NCBI GenBank assembly: GCA_010909165.1
Contig: MU008149.1
Span: 248,001-312,000, forward strand
Reading direction: 5' to 3'
From: Anthoceros angustus
Lineage: Eukaryota; Plantae; Anthocerotophyta
Length of the DNA stretch: 64,000 bases
The translations under genes were made by a program, and so were the position numbers. Under the pieces are notes generated by a model. It had not been told where the DNA came from. It ran no database searches and saw only the letters and a program-made list of their open reading frames with translations. Positions 1-14,266 of the stretch are shown piece after piece. Every line of letters begins with the position of its first letter. Within the stretch, counting starts at the first letter, position 1.

Positions 1-3000
1 AAGCAGAGTATCACCCATCAAGTTTTCTCTACGTTTTTTGAGACTAGAGACCTGCTCTGCCCAGCGATGGCATTCCCCATCGAGTCTTGTGATGAGACGT
101 ATGGCTCGTTGCAATTTCAGTTCTGAATCCTCCGCCTTTCTAACAAGGCTACCCTTTGTAAGACTTGCATTTTCATATCTGCACAGGAATCGATAATGTA
201 GCTCAGTTAGGAAGGATCTAGGAAGACTACTATCCGCCTTGGTGCCAACTTTGATAAATCTTTTGTACCTGGCTCTCAGGTGGAAAAGACTCTCCTCTAT
301 TGCTGCGAGGTTCAATCTTTTTTCTTCAAGTTTTTCTTTACATTTTTCAAGATTCTCATTAGCGACCTGCTCGAAACGGATTCTACTTAGTGTTCCACAT
401 TACAGCAGGGGCAACGGAGCCACTACATTCACCTTGTATTGTACTGTGGACCACTAGACAGCATCTCTCTAGGCCAAAGGGAAAGACAGCACCCACCTTC
501 AATTTCTCCAGTCTTGGCTCCATTTTGATGGTCTTCGCAACATGGTATTTATACATGGCTCTTATCCATATGCAAATAGAACGACAAGCAACTGATATCC
601 TTCTTACTTTCTCTGGCTTGAATAGTGGATTCTCCATGTAAGGCCGTAGTTTTTCCATGGTAGAACTTTCCATCCCATCTTTGTTGAAGTTCAAGAGTAG
701 CTGAACGAAGTTGACCTGCACAAAACTCGAATTCTGTTAAGGTCTGAACAACGCAAATTGACAATGACATAGTATGCTAACTACAAAGGAAAGACCATAC
801 ATCTTACTTGAGATAGGAGTTCTCGAGCTACAGGCCAGTAATCATCTGTCACTTCATACTTAAGAATCTCATGTGGGACAGAGGGTCGCCTACGTCTGGG
901 TTTCTTCCTAAGGATAATGCAGAGAGCTTCTAGCACAATAAGTAGACGGGGAGGCGGCTGAGTAAATGATTTCAATTCAGACACATCCTTTTTGTTAAGA
1001 AGGCTGAGCTGTTTGATAGCAGCTGAAACCTGTGTGGGAGCAAGGGTTTTAGAAACTGGAAGGGGAAAAACGAGAAGAAACTAAGAGCCTTATGCTGTTA
1101 ATAATCAGTGTTATCAACCATGTACTACACCTGCGGAGCAACCTCCTCAACTTGCTCTTGAGCAGCTTGTGCCAACTGCCTACACAATTCAGCCTCCTCT
1201 ACAGCAAGCTTCTCCTCATCATAGACAGCTTGTAATGCTTTGTCCATGGCTAACTGCTCATCATATATGGAATTCAGAAGCTGATCCATATCTGAACTGG
1301 TGTGTTCCTTGCAGCTCAAAATTTCCTGGAGATCCTTTTGCATTTGCACAACTAGATTTCGAGTGGATTTGAGCTTCTTCACCCCTGTCTCGAGCCGGTC
1401 CAGATAAGTAGCCAATTCGCCTCCCTTTTTGTCCAGTATGCTACCAAATACATAAAGCATCTCATGATAGCTAGCCAATCCAATCAGCCTCCAAGACCCT
1501 TTCTGCCACACATATCCTTGACGGATAAAATTGGAAGAACTCTTACCCTGCAACGAATCACAGAATCAACGAGTGTAGTCGTTGGGCTATTGTCAAAGTA
1601 AGATGCACATGTGGAATATAGCAGCAACGAGAATAGCTGCGATTCATAAAAAACACACCATCGATAACTCTGAAGCCAGAGCGTTGCTAAGATTGTGCAC
1701 TGCTGAGCATGACTTGACCAAGCTTTCCATGGCTGGATCAGGCCAGGCTTTCACAAGATCATGCTCAGTGAGCTTGACTTTCGCAACTGCCTCAAGGGCT
1801 CCTGGCGTCCACCTATCATAAAAGTCAATTGAGAAGTGGGTGGCTATCAATGTTGAGTCGTAGAAACTGCTCTGGATTGCTTCACTTCCAGAAGAGTTCC
1901 CTGCACAGATCACCTACACACGTCGCCACACCATTTTATCTGGTGAAGCATGATGCTGTTACAAGCATACCTCACGGAGAGATTTAGAGCGCCGGTGACT
2001 CAGCGGCAAAAGTTCCACTTACCAGATGAAGCCTGGCTCTCAGTCTCTGCAAGAAACGCAGCTTCAAGAACTGCTCCCTGTCACTGCCAGTCTCCAGCTC
2101 GAAAGTGGGCAGCACTGACATATCCTCTAATCTGTAGAGCTCTTGTTGGATAAAGTATTTCTCCTTATCGCCAAGTAATTCCCAGGCCTGACCAGTATTT
2201 GAACATGCCGGATCATGAAAGACATGATAGTTTCAAGCAGGGATAGTTTCAAAGCAACAGGAAACAACATCAACCTCTCCACAGTGTATGATTTGCTTAA
2301 GGTCTTGCATTATCCTTCGCTGAATATCAATGTCAACCTCCATCTTGAGGAGGAGCACGGTTTGTATGTCCCTAAGGCTGCATGACTTCAGCAGCTCTTT
2401 GAGAGTCACACTCCAAGTTTGATAATCATAATCACTATTGACTTGAACCTGTGATGTATTGCTCTATCAAAGTTCAGGTCTAACCTGGACATTGTAAAAT
2501 CTTAATATAGAGGTTAGATTGACTGCAACTAACCTCATAAAGGACGAAACCAAGTACATGTGTTGCCAGTCTGGTCATGGAACTCCTCCCACTTCCAGAG
2601 CAACCCAGAAGTAATGCATGTCCATCTGACATTTGAATCATCCGTAGAATCCTAGAGAGGTGTGTCAATGCCTCTGGAAACAATACCAACGCATTTTTAT
2701 ATCCCTCTTCCAAGCTGTAGCTGATCAAAAATTTTTTCATATTCTCAGCCCATACAGCACGGTTATGGATTTCATCATACTGTGACCATGCTTGAATCAC
2801 TCCGTCGGCCTGCACGACACGGTAGTAGGACCCATATATCGCTTGTTTCTGCTCGCTTACAAGAGATGCTAGAAATGGAAGCTGATCACCAGTCTCAGGG
2901 ATCAACTTTTCTTTTGCAACTGCTGACAAAGCCGAGACCACCAAAGCTCTGTCAGCAGGATTCTTCAATCCATCACAGAATGCTCGGCAAAACTCATTTG

Positions 3001-6000
3001 CCCAAAGTCGAAATATACCATCCTTTTCTGTAAAACTCTCTAAAGAAGCTGAAAGAAGCCGCTTGAGCACAAGAAAAATACTATGTAGGCTAATGGAGAA
3101 ACGGTCTGTAAGTGTCTGAAAGGTCAACTTGAGCTGTGAAAAGAGCTTGACAGACGCTTCACTGATATGACTTAGAAGCAAGCCGGTTACAACATTGTCG
3201 TTAAGCTCATGGTATCTTCTACCAAGTGCTTCAGAGAAGATGGAGGTAAGGGAGCTCTCATTGTGTTCACTCACATGGATCTGAAAGTAATGTCGAAAGA
3301 GTCTATCCACAGGCAACTGTGAAGGTGATCGATGGGTGGTCACAGCTGCTAAGTGCACAAGCCCATGTACAGCCGTAAATGTAGCATCTGCAGGGAAGCC
3401 ATACCATCCTTGGTACTCAATGAGGAACCTGATAAATTGTTGAGTCGGCGCCTCTCCCTGGGGAGCAATATTCAAGTCGTCTATGAAAACTGCCATTTTC
3501 TCATGGATTGCAGGTGAGAGCATCCTCCTTTTCCTAATGGCCATTTTTGGCCTCAGCACATCATATAAACCTGACCCACCTGAGGCTTCATGGAGCGTAA
3601 CTCCAACAACTTGATAGTTCTGTGAGGCTCTCAGTTTGTGCAAGAGGTAAGATGCAATACTGGTTTTCCCACAGCCTGCCACACCTGACAGAAGAACTGG
3701 CCTAGAAAGGTCTGACAGGCAAGCTGCAAGCATCTCATATCTCATTGTTTCATGAGTATGCACGTGCAGTGCTCCATCTACCAGACTCAAGCTTAAGTGA
3801 CAGCAATGTTTAACCAAATCATTTGGTCTTGAGACCAGCTCCATCCCTGCACCAACATGCAACACTGTATCTGACAAGAGATCTTTCCAGCTCTTCCAAA
3901 CCATAGTCTCTGCATCAAAATAAAAATCGTAGATAGATCCATCTGGAAGCATCCCTGAAAAATCTGAATACGTAGAGGAGCAGTCTCGAATAACTCTGTC
4001 AAACCGTTCTTGACTTTCCAAGTCAGCAAGTATTCCTCCCACCGACCAAACAAGGCTGAAAATGAACAAAGAGCCCACACTTGCTTTCAGCTTTTGCAAA
4101 ATGTCATTAGAAACTGGTATAGCCTTAATGTCCAGCTCCCGCTCATGCATGAAAATCTCTGCTTCACCTGCCTGACTATTCTTCTCATCCGTGTCTCCAA
4201 TATCTCGATCCCCGCAGACATCCTCACACGAGCACCATGAACCTTCATGGTACAATCTCCGCCAGTTGACAATATCCCGTACTTGTTTCTGGCTTTTGGT
4301 AAGAATCTGAAAACTTTTTTTGGGGCTCAGCCCATTGCTGTCTCCAGTGTCACCCCGACAGTTGGAGTCCGTATTGCCTTTCTGGCTACAGCAAACCTCA
4401 AAATAAGATAGTCCACCTTCATATCCACGTCCCACTCGCTTCAAAATTGCTTCCAGCACATTTAGCAAGTTTTGCACTAGGCCTACGTTGCAAATTGACC
4501 CAGGAGGAGATCCTGAGATGACTTTTAGACAGGGTGCAAGAAAAGACTCAAAGAGCTCCTCAAAAAATGTATGAAATGCCGATCCTGCCACATGCTTCTG
4601 CACCCAGGATAGGATAAGAGGCCGCCACCCTGGTTCTAATGGGTCCATCAATACTATCCCACATCTGGAAACCGTTGCTGGAGAGACACCCTTCAGTGTG
4701 TCAACTTCAAAAATGACACTGAAACTCTCTGCAGGAGGTAAGAAAATCCGTTCACCGTTCTTCAAAAAGAGGACGCCTGTGTCATCGAGCATGGTGTTAA
4801 CACTGTCAACCCACTGCCCACTCATTGATCCATCCAAAACCATCCAGAGTGCCCTGCCTTTTGCTGAAATAGCCTCACATTTCTGCACTATGTGCGGTAC
4901 AATACCTTCCTGCCAGCAATGTGATTTAGGGTTCACACTTCCAAAAAGATGTCTCGTGGATACGGCGGTTGGATTAACAACCTCTACCATAACGTGCTTA
5001 GCAAGGGCCCTGTTCCGGTCATCCCTCTTCACCTGAGATTTGATCAAAAGGCCTGCATCTTGGTAGCTTTGCGCATCTGCCATGATGTTGAAAGCTCTGG
5101 CAAGGCTGGAGTAACACTGGGTCTTCCCAGTACCTGACCCTCCAACAATCATCACACCCTGGTGCACTCTCATCGTGCCATGGAGTTGCACACATTTCTG
5201 CACTAGGGGCTCATGGGGGCATAGTCTTCGCTGTGCTAATCCTAATTTAATGGAAGCTTCCAACCCTCCTTGCTTAATTGGGGGGATCTGCAAGTAAGGA
5301 AAAAGGTCGAGCAGAAGACTTGAGAAGAGGCTGAAGCCGTCTCCCACTAGGCGGGGTAAGCAATACTGCTGCAAGGTTTTGCAAAGAATTAGGTCTCCAT
5401 TGCACACATTAGAGGAAACTGTGAACCACTGGTCTGGTGCTGATCGTAAAATTCCCATCCACTTTATGACAGCCTTCAAGGCCCTGAGACCAAAGTCACA
5501 GTGGTGATTCTCGAAAAAAAGCTGCTTCCCAGCAATGTGAAAGCACAAAGTCAGTTTCCTAGCCACACCGGCTGAATCCTCAAACCCTTCAGCAACAAGC
5601 AGGATCCGTGCAACCATGCTAGTATCAGGATGAATCATAGAGACTGGCCTAAATAGAGACCGGATATTTTGAGTGCATTCAGGTCGAGAGGAGCACACGG
5701 GCTTCATAGTGGTACAGATGGCAAAGGACGGATTCAGAGCAAGACCAATGCCATCATAAGCAAATCTTTGTGCTTTCATGATAACAGCATGTTGAATGAT
5801 TAGCAGTTGCTTTGCCAGCACAGAAATGATGTCAGGTCTTAGGCACTCGAATTCATCTAAACAGAGCCAGATCCCTCCACTTGCCATACCCTGCAGATGA
5901 AGCCACCCCATATCTCACAGACACAGTCGAGGATCTATCCGTAAAACAACTGCAAACCAGTAGAAAGCAACTAAGCCAAGCCCTCCCCATGCAGATAAGA

Positions 6001-9000
6001 TCGACTTCAAAACTAACCTTCAAAGCATTTCCAATCGCACTGTGATCGATCTCTTCAGAGCAGCTCATCACAATACAATGTTTACCCAAGGATTTTGCAA
6101 GATCCTTCACTGTTTCAGTTTTTCCTGCCGCAGCAGGCCCGCTAATAGCACCCCCTAGGCCGAGGGAAAAGGCATGCATCAGACCAACAAAGCATCGTTC
6201 TGTAAGCGGTGTCATGACCAATCGGTTCTGATAGTCAACAAGATCAAAGCCGTATTGACGCTCAATTTTTAGAACTTGAGCCTGGCAGGCCCCATTTGCA
6301 TGGCAGTAAAATCGTAAAATCTGCTGCCATGAAAATGCGTCCAATCCTACAAGTGGATCACATTTTAGTTTTTCAACGGTGTCCCTCAGGTAAACACCAA
6401 CCAAGACAAGACTCTTCCAAGTTCCTTGCTCGTCAACACTTGAACGTGACTTGATGCTCTGCAACAAATCCTGCAACTGCTTGTCTATAAGGATGAGCTC
6501 AGTATTCAGATTTTTGGCCACATCTTCCGTCAATGACATTATCATTTCCACGCGATGGCAGAATATAACACAAGCTGCAACCACCAATATTTGGCAGTTG
6601 AACATGTACTTTTCTGGTTCTTCCTCCTGAAGCATTGGAGCAGGGCTTCCAGTTCTTGCTGTGCATGTTGAAATGTCAATAACTGTCTGGTCCAAAGTGC
6701 TGGGCTTAACATCAATACTTGCTCTTGCAGAGACAGGAGAATGCTGGGCAGCAAGATAGGTTTCAGAGCACAGCAGCATCTTGACTCTCGCCAGAAGAGC
6801 CTCCTTTACCTTCTCCTTCATTGCAAGCTCAACAGCAACCATCCAATGCTCAACAGGCTTATCAGATGTTGTGACCGGTGTTGAAAACAAGAGCTTTTCT
6901 GATTTTCTGATCCATAAGCCCGCAACATTACTTTGATGTTGCTGATCACCTTCGGTTTCTACAAACTCTATGCAGCGCACATCACCAAAGCACTTACAGA
7001 GGTAGTACTGCAATTCCTCAGGGTTGCGTTCATGAGAGATCACCTAGATGCGTATGCTTCGTGAGTCTTGGAACTAACCATTCATATAATTTGAAGGAAA
7101 GAAGAAATAACCATTTATTGAAAGATCAAGGAGCACCCACCTGAAGTAGCTCGTCATTCGAAAGAAAGAAGAACCTTGGGAAAACAGCACGTTTTCTTTC
7201 AAGAAGAGCAACTAGGCTGCACATGATTCCCTCCATTGTCTGTATGGACTGAGGCACATTGTCTGTTATCAGGCTTGACTCACACAAATGCATGAAGAGA
7301 CCTCGGGTAGTCACCAAGTCCAGAACTTCCTCCCATCTTAAGTTAACGTCTTCAAACCTACTGGATTCCTCTGTAAGCTGCTGCTGGATATTTGGTGATT
7401 GGAATATGGGCTGTAGGGTCTGGCCAATGGCAGCATATATGTGATCAGATATAACATTAGGCAACTCCATGTGGACCCAGGGACACGAGACTTACCTGCA
7501 TCCACTTCTGACAGTTTAAAAGGCCTTCTAGAAGCTGAAGCAGAACATATAGCTTTTCTCGCCAAGCACGAATGTTGCCCTCCAAGGCTTTTGCATAAGG
7601 ACTGTGAAGCATTGAGCCAGCTGCCACAAGCTGATCATCCAATAACTCCAACACATGCTCACTCCCCTGAATGACCTGTCCTTGTCCCTTTTCAAGCGGG
7701 CTCAAGTGAAGATTTGCCCGCCTCATCTCTTCCTCCATTTTCTCCAGACATACCTAGAAGAGTGAAGATCATGATCAGATCACCTTGCTGTGCAAACTGA
7801 CTTGTATTCACACAATGTGTTGAAAGTGTGCAAGCATAAAACATTTGATGCCTCGATAATGTCACTCATCTTACTTCTTGATTGTACTCCTCTGCTGCAC
7901 GCTCTAAGACGGCCACAATAGCTTGACGATTTTCAAGAAGTGGTAATTCGAGCACAAAAGAGAACATACACTCATCATCTGCTTCTTGAAAAGTGTTGTC
8001 ACCAGTGTCTTTGGAAAGCTCAATCCAGTGCATTCTGCGTACTCCTGGATGATGTAGCCGGACAATCAATGGCATCCTGGCTACCATCCAGTTCACCTGA
8101 TTATCAGAGTAGTGTAATCACGTAAATCTGTCAGCATCATGAAGAAAATCTACAAGAAAGCGGAACCAGCAAAAAATCAGGAACTTTCTATTCAAGTAGG
8201 ATTTCAAAATGAAAGCACAAACCTGGTCGGAAAGTGCAAGCAAGGCCTGCTTACTCGAAGAGGAAGCCAAAGGATTTGAAAGGGTATCAACCTTCTCCAC
8301 AAACGTTTGAATCTGAGTTATTCATTGACAGCAAGGATGAGAGCCTTATCCTAACAGTGAAAATTGTCACAGAATGTCTGTTGTAGATATACTGCATATA
8401 TGGGTAGAAAAGTGAAAATCTCCTGCTGTGGCATAGGGTTCTAGGTCAAATTTGCACAAGCTTTTAGTTGAATACTGATTGTCCTAAACGTTACCAAAGC
8501 TGACATGTTATCGACGTTGATCTGCTTGAACTGCAGACTCAGCCAATGTTTCCTGGCACGTTCCCAGTCTGCAGCTGTGATCCACAAAGCTGCAAGCCAA
8601 TCCACCTTGTCAAGGGAAGGCGCGATCAGCCGTGCACACTCACCTTCCTCAAACATCTCTAGCAGCTTTTCCTGTCTCTGCAGCTTCTGAATAGCTGAAC
8701 AAATTTTCCGTAGGTCCTCTGCTGACATCTGAACCCGAAGTTCATACTCCTGCGAGCTAGTTAAGTCTTTGAACTGCTCATAGACAGGAATGGCTGCAAC
8801 AACTTCGGAAGCTTGGACGAGCAAAGATGCCTACGTTCAAGAAAATGCAACCAAAGCCTCTGTTGGACACTCAAACTTGGCAGCTGCAAGGAGGACTAAC
8901 GGTCAGAGCATGTATTGGGTGTAACCTGTTCAGCCCGAACACCTGCAACAACTGAAGGCTTTGCATCTACCAAATGCTGCTCCTTTGCATAAGCCTCCTT

Positions 9001-12000
9001 CAGTAGAGTTTGAACTCTCTGATAAACTGACCAGTAAGCATGTGCATCAGCATCTGAAAGTTCGATGAATAAACTCTCACAAGCACAGTAGCTCCCTTGT
9101 AAAACATCCAGGGCCGACAACAAAGCACAGCAGTTGCTCTTGTAATCTTGAACAAGCAACTCTAGCTCCGCAAATTTTTCAGGGCTTACATCAGAGAGGG
9201 GGGTTGACAACAGGAATACATCCTTGTCCAGTTGCCCATTGAGCTGGTTGATTTTGCACTGAAGTAGGTCACGTAGTGTATCCGAAACTTTCCTTTTACA
9301 CTCATGACCGAGCCTGACCGTTCCACTAAGTATCTCAGAGCAATTGAAGACAAACAGGGACCCAACTACATTTCCTTTTGAAGACTCCAAATACGATTCA
9401 AGAAGCTTCTGATGTGCTAACAAACATCCCATAGATTTGACCAGCCTTTCCAGGATTTTAAGAGCACATGCTGAAGTTTGTGAGCGCATATGCACATCCA
9501 AGTCTGCCAATGCCTCCAGGCCCTTCTGATACGTAACTGATGAATCGTGTCCTTCAGAGAGCTCAGACACGACATCCAGCAACTTTTGCTTCTGAAAATC
9601 CTGGTCCTGTAGCCCTACATGTCCATGATTCAGAACTGCAGCATCTTTGATGCATAATTCCAAATCAGCTTTCTGAAGGCAAAGATTTGTCCAGAGCAAG
9701 GATATCTCTCTAGCTAGCTGCTCCAGCATCTGCACCCCTGGGTAAAGAGCAGCATCAATCCTCAGACGACACGCTGCAACCCTTTCAACTGCCGCCGCAA
9801 ACAAACTCACACGATAGGCTTGCGACAATTCTGTCTGCATCCAGCAATATTCAAGTCATAAAGTAGATTTGTGCCACTGAACCAATGCTTAAACATAAAA
9901 TGCTAACACTTCGTCCCGTCCATCGGCTACAGCACTCTTGCATTACAGGGGATAAAGACCTTAGTGTGGATTGCACCCTTTGATTCCATGAAAGGCACCA
10001 GTGTGAGAGCCTTAACAGCATCATCGAGCTGCACACAGTCAAACCCATCACAACAACTGAGGCCAAAACGCACATCCAGGTCTGATACAATATGCCACAT
10101 TTTCACGCATACACAGCCAGAGACACAGTATATGCAATGGGCTATGCACCAGTCCTACTTTCCCAAATATTCATACAGGCAGGCAACCTGGTAAGCTGAC
10201 AGGAACAAAAATACAGGAAACAGAAGTTCAAAGTGCCTAACCATCTTGCCAGAAAGAACATCCAGGCATGCTAAAGGAGGTCGGTAGCTCAAATTTTTGT
10301 CACTGATCCTTAGATGCACAATGAAGAGAGGCACCACTGGCTTTTGACTTCGGTCAGCTTGCCCTCCATCAAAAGTTGCAGCATATGAATCTAGTGAATC
10401 CTTGAGCGCCTCTCCAAGTGCAGTCTCCATAACAAAGTCTGCCCACCTGCAGAACATCATGCAGGTAACCCGGTTGACAGAAGAAGCATCCTCTGTGCTA
10501 TGTCCATTTAAGAAAGCCAATGCTAGAATCAATCACAAACCGAACAATTGAGACCCAAGAAATTCTGTGCTAGACTCTGTCAGGTAATACTTGTGATTGG
10601 CATGAACCTGCTTCTAACTACTGCAGACACTCGGTGGGAGAGCGCACGAGTTACTTGTTCATCATGGTGCACACCTTGCAGTTCGAAGATAGAGACCTGA
10701 GCCATTCTCCAGGACACTTGGGCCCTATTCAAACACACAGCAGAAAGTGGGGACAAGTTACACACTAGGATAAACAAACTTATCCATAAGAATGCGTATA
10801 CCGCTAACCTAAGAGAAGTCCTACCTCATCTTCAACAAATGCCATGTTTAGAGCATCTCTAGCATCCACAAGAACTCTTTTTCTAAGGTTCTTTGATATT
10901 TCCCTGACAGTTTCCGTCTGCACAAAGGTGCGGAAATTGAATCAGTAACTGTGAAGTTCCATGTCCACCAGCTTGACAACCTGGGCGTTGCCAACCAGGC
11001 TATGTGTCATGCAAGGTACTACATGGGGAACAATCACTGCCGAGTATCACCTGAACACTTATTGCCCTTTCAATATTCGCACAGGGACATGCCGTTGTAA
11101 AAATACGTGTCTTTCCAACTGCCAATGAGGTGGCTATGACAGACTGGATAGCACCCTGCAATCTTGGTCTAAGAACGGCCATTGAAGCTGCTATGGCATA
11201 CTGTTCCACCAATCTGTGTGCAGGAATCACCACAGGTCTGGGACCCTTCCCTGTCAATCCTACAGAGACAGAATTGCCAACATTGCTTCATCTGTAATCT
11301 CCCTTGCATGCACACATCACTTTCCTGCATTAGGAAAGATCACCTGTATCTACATTGAGTATTCTAATCCCTTAAAGTGGAAGGGGCAGCTATTTTTTAG
11401 GATCACCTTTGTCTGTAGTGGAAGTGTCAGTGGCTCCTGCTGCCTGCTTGAACTCAGCTGCTAATTCCGATAGAAGGGGAAACAAATTGTAAACAATGGG
11501 CATTGTGGCCTTGTGTTTTGATATCCACTCATCACTTCTTCCAACAAGGTAACTTGAATCTTTGTCACCGTGCTCGACGACATCATTCCCAGCAGCAACA
11601 ACGTTAGAGCGACCTTTAGTCACAGACACAACTTGTCTGGAAAACGTCTGGGCATCTTGTGGTCCATCAACAACAGCGATACCAAGCCGAGAGTCCACCC
11701 CACGGAAACTTCGACATCCAGAATTGATAGCAGAGTTACTTGCATCAATAGGCTGACCAGGTTTTCCTGTTCCCTGCCTACTGCGGGGTGTAGCAGTCAA
11801 AGGCTTGAAAGGAGCGTCACCACTGCCACCAGACAAAGCTATTGGAGCAATATCTGGATCTTCGCTGTGCGCAACTGACGACAAAACTGCTGAATTTGGT
11901 CTCTCCTGATGCTCACTTGGTGAAGCTGGTCTGTCCTGTTTGACAAGTCAATCTTAAGCACGCATCTACCAACATCAAAGAACAGGAGAGTGCTAAAAGA

Positions 12001-13225
12001 ACATCTAAGTCTTGATAGGCCAGAATGAGCAGGGATGACAAACCTGAATGTGGAAATGTAGATTAAGTCGAGGTACCAAGCGATGGAAAGCAACCTCGCC
12101 GCCACCTTGGATTCTGCTTGGAGTGGGGTCCAAGCAGGTCGCTGCATCATTTCTTGCGTCACCATCACAATGACCACTTGCTTCCTGCCGGTCTCTCGAC
12201 CTTGCCAGTGAATCTTGTTCAATGCATTTGTCCCAAGCACAGGACGTTTGACATCCAGCCCCTTCCTTCTCTCTCCAAAACACAAGGTAAAGTGATGTAT
12301 TCACATCAAATCCTAACACTACACAAGGCCGCCAACAACAAGAACCATCCGGAGAGCAATATAAACACTCAGCAACTGAAGGTAGCTTCACAGCTTGTAC
12401 TACACTTTGTGTACCCATGGTGGCCTCGAATGCACTGTCCACATCCCACCTCTTCGGAGGGCAGCTTTTGGGTCCAACAACAGGAGTTTCCCTTTTTTTC
12501 TCGGAAAGGATTCTGGTTTGAAACTCCATTTTTCTGCTTCTCCTTGGACGACAGTCGTCTCCTCTAGCTGTCAGGCTTCCATCACATTGGCGGCGTTTCT
12601 TATGGACCGCTCTCTCTTCCTGAAGCAAGATTTCGGGCACTGGAATTCCAATAGCAGCATAGGACTGCCGTCTATCCAGCCTAGCTTTAATAGCTATGTC
12701 CGAAGGTGTCCAAGCAGCAATCTCCTCCTGTTGAGCCAGAAAAAAAGATACGTTGATGGGATGCAAAGCAGATGCTTTTTGGCTCTTGGTGCCCACAACC
12801 GTATAGGAGTGCTTCCTGGATGTTCCGGTTAGGCCAGCCTGAGAAAGAGCCAGAGCATTCTCCACACTCATATTACCGAGCAGATGTTGAAAGAGGAGCC
12901 CAGCAGGAAGGCGGTTCTCTTTAGTTGCAGACCGGACCCTGAGAGCACTTTCAGTGCCACTGCTTGCCGTGGAGCCATGGAGCCAAGAAGTGGGATCCTT
13001 AACATCCCTAACTCTGCTGACGTGATTCATAACTCCCCTCGGTGATGCAGAAAAGGCACGAGCAGCTGGGTGGCCGTCTCTACTAGTAGGCCGGCAAGCT
13101 TGATCTGCAAGATTCTTCAAGCCTGCTTGTCCACCACTTGGAAAAATGGGTGAGGAACTGGGCCTAGTCTCCTCACAGAAGGAGACACTGCGTTTCACAT
13201 GTTTGATAGGTCCCGGATCAGCCAT
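1..13225 (-). CDS. Axonemal dynein heavy chain, multi-exon, 3' end beyond left edge (probably DNAH1/inner-arm monomeric type)
   Basis: Minus-strand exons in dynein order. ATG at 13225; N-terminal WRPCVVLGFDVNTSLYLVFW and RLVPRLNLHF resemble the DNAH1 N-terminus; linker FPRFFFLSNDELLQ (~7126-7470); AAA1 RLVMTPLTERC...GPAAAGKTETVKDLAKSLG; AAA2 GGSGTGKT and WMVLDG; AAA3 GVAGCGKT; AAA4 GHALLLGCSGSGRSS; stalk LETGVKKLKST, MTBD ELKSFTQPP, return coil ending LMGDTLL at base 1. Short GT-AG introns; not every splice site was verified. Confidence 0.93.
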
Positions 13226-14266
13226 CTTCGTGGCCTTATGAGACAGTGGTTATATAGGCTGAGTGGTCATCTTGTCGGGCATCTGGGACAGCTGAACGAA
13301 CCAGTTGCTCCTGCCAGTCCTAAATACAGATCATTCAGCCCATGTGAAGGCCACTCCTCCACTTCATGGGATTCACCTCGATCAAGACCATAATAGTCCG
13401 GCAGTCCAGAAACGCTTGGGCAGATTAGACGGCAGATTGTGTGCTAGGAACACGAGTTTCACGAGCAGAAAATCAAGGTTGTGTGTCATACAAAGCCTAC
13501 AAAGAAGGTGTAGGAAGTACAGAAGCGAGAAGGAAAGCCCACAAAGGACCTAGAATTGCAAAGCACCCTGCTTCCAGACATGGAAGCACGTTCGCCACGA
13601 AAGCTGGAGGGCTCATGGATAGAGTTTCTCGAGTTCCAGTGGCAAGAGCGCCACATTCGAATAAAAGCGCATGACGAGGCAAATGGGCAGTTAGGTCGCA
13701 AACGGTGTTAGGTGCGCTTCAGAAAGCCTATATTTCAAGCAACATTCGTGTGTTCATTACCTAGGTGGAATACTGATGGTTGGACCCATCAAATTACAAG
13801 CAACTGGTGTGCAAGTTCGAAGGAAGTGAGCGAGTAGGTAGTGTAGGCAAACAAAGACCCTGGAAGAGGTCCCTAGGGGTTTCCTAATCGCCGATAGCAG
13901 GTGATGAACGAGCAGACAAAAAAGTGTATGAAGTTGGCAGCAGGAACTTCAGTGTCTTCTCTTCGCCTTGCAGCCCCAAGTAGGTCCTGCAGAGTCTTGA
14001 ATTGCAGCCATGCACATATCCACAACGTGAGGGGGAACGTTCTTTCTACCTCCGATCCACCAACCAAACAGCTTCAAGAAGACGGGGAATCAATTCCTCC
14101 CTCGTGCTACTGCCCGATGCCTGGAAGCAAACAAAAGAATCATGGTCTGCAGTGTGGAGGGACGTCATCTACCTTCATCCAACAGGTGCATGATGCTCAC
14201 CTCAACACATTCCCACAAGGCCTGAACCGCGCGCCCTAGTATGATACATGTGCTACAAGCGGAAAC

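Noticed and set aside
2200-2270. Apparent in-frame stop in the dynein AAA4 region
   Set aside because: Removed by a plausible ~87-nt GT-AG intron (GE|AWELL), which restores the frame.
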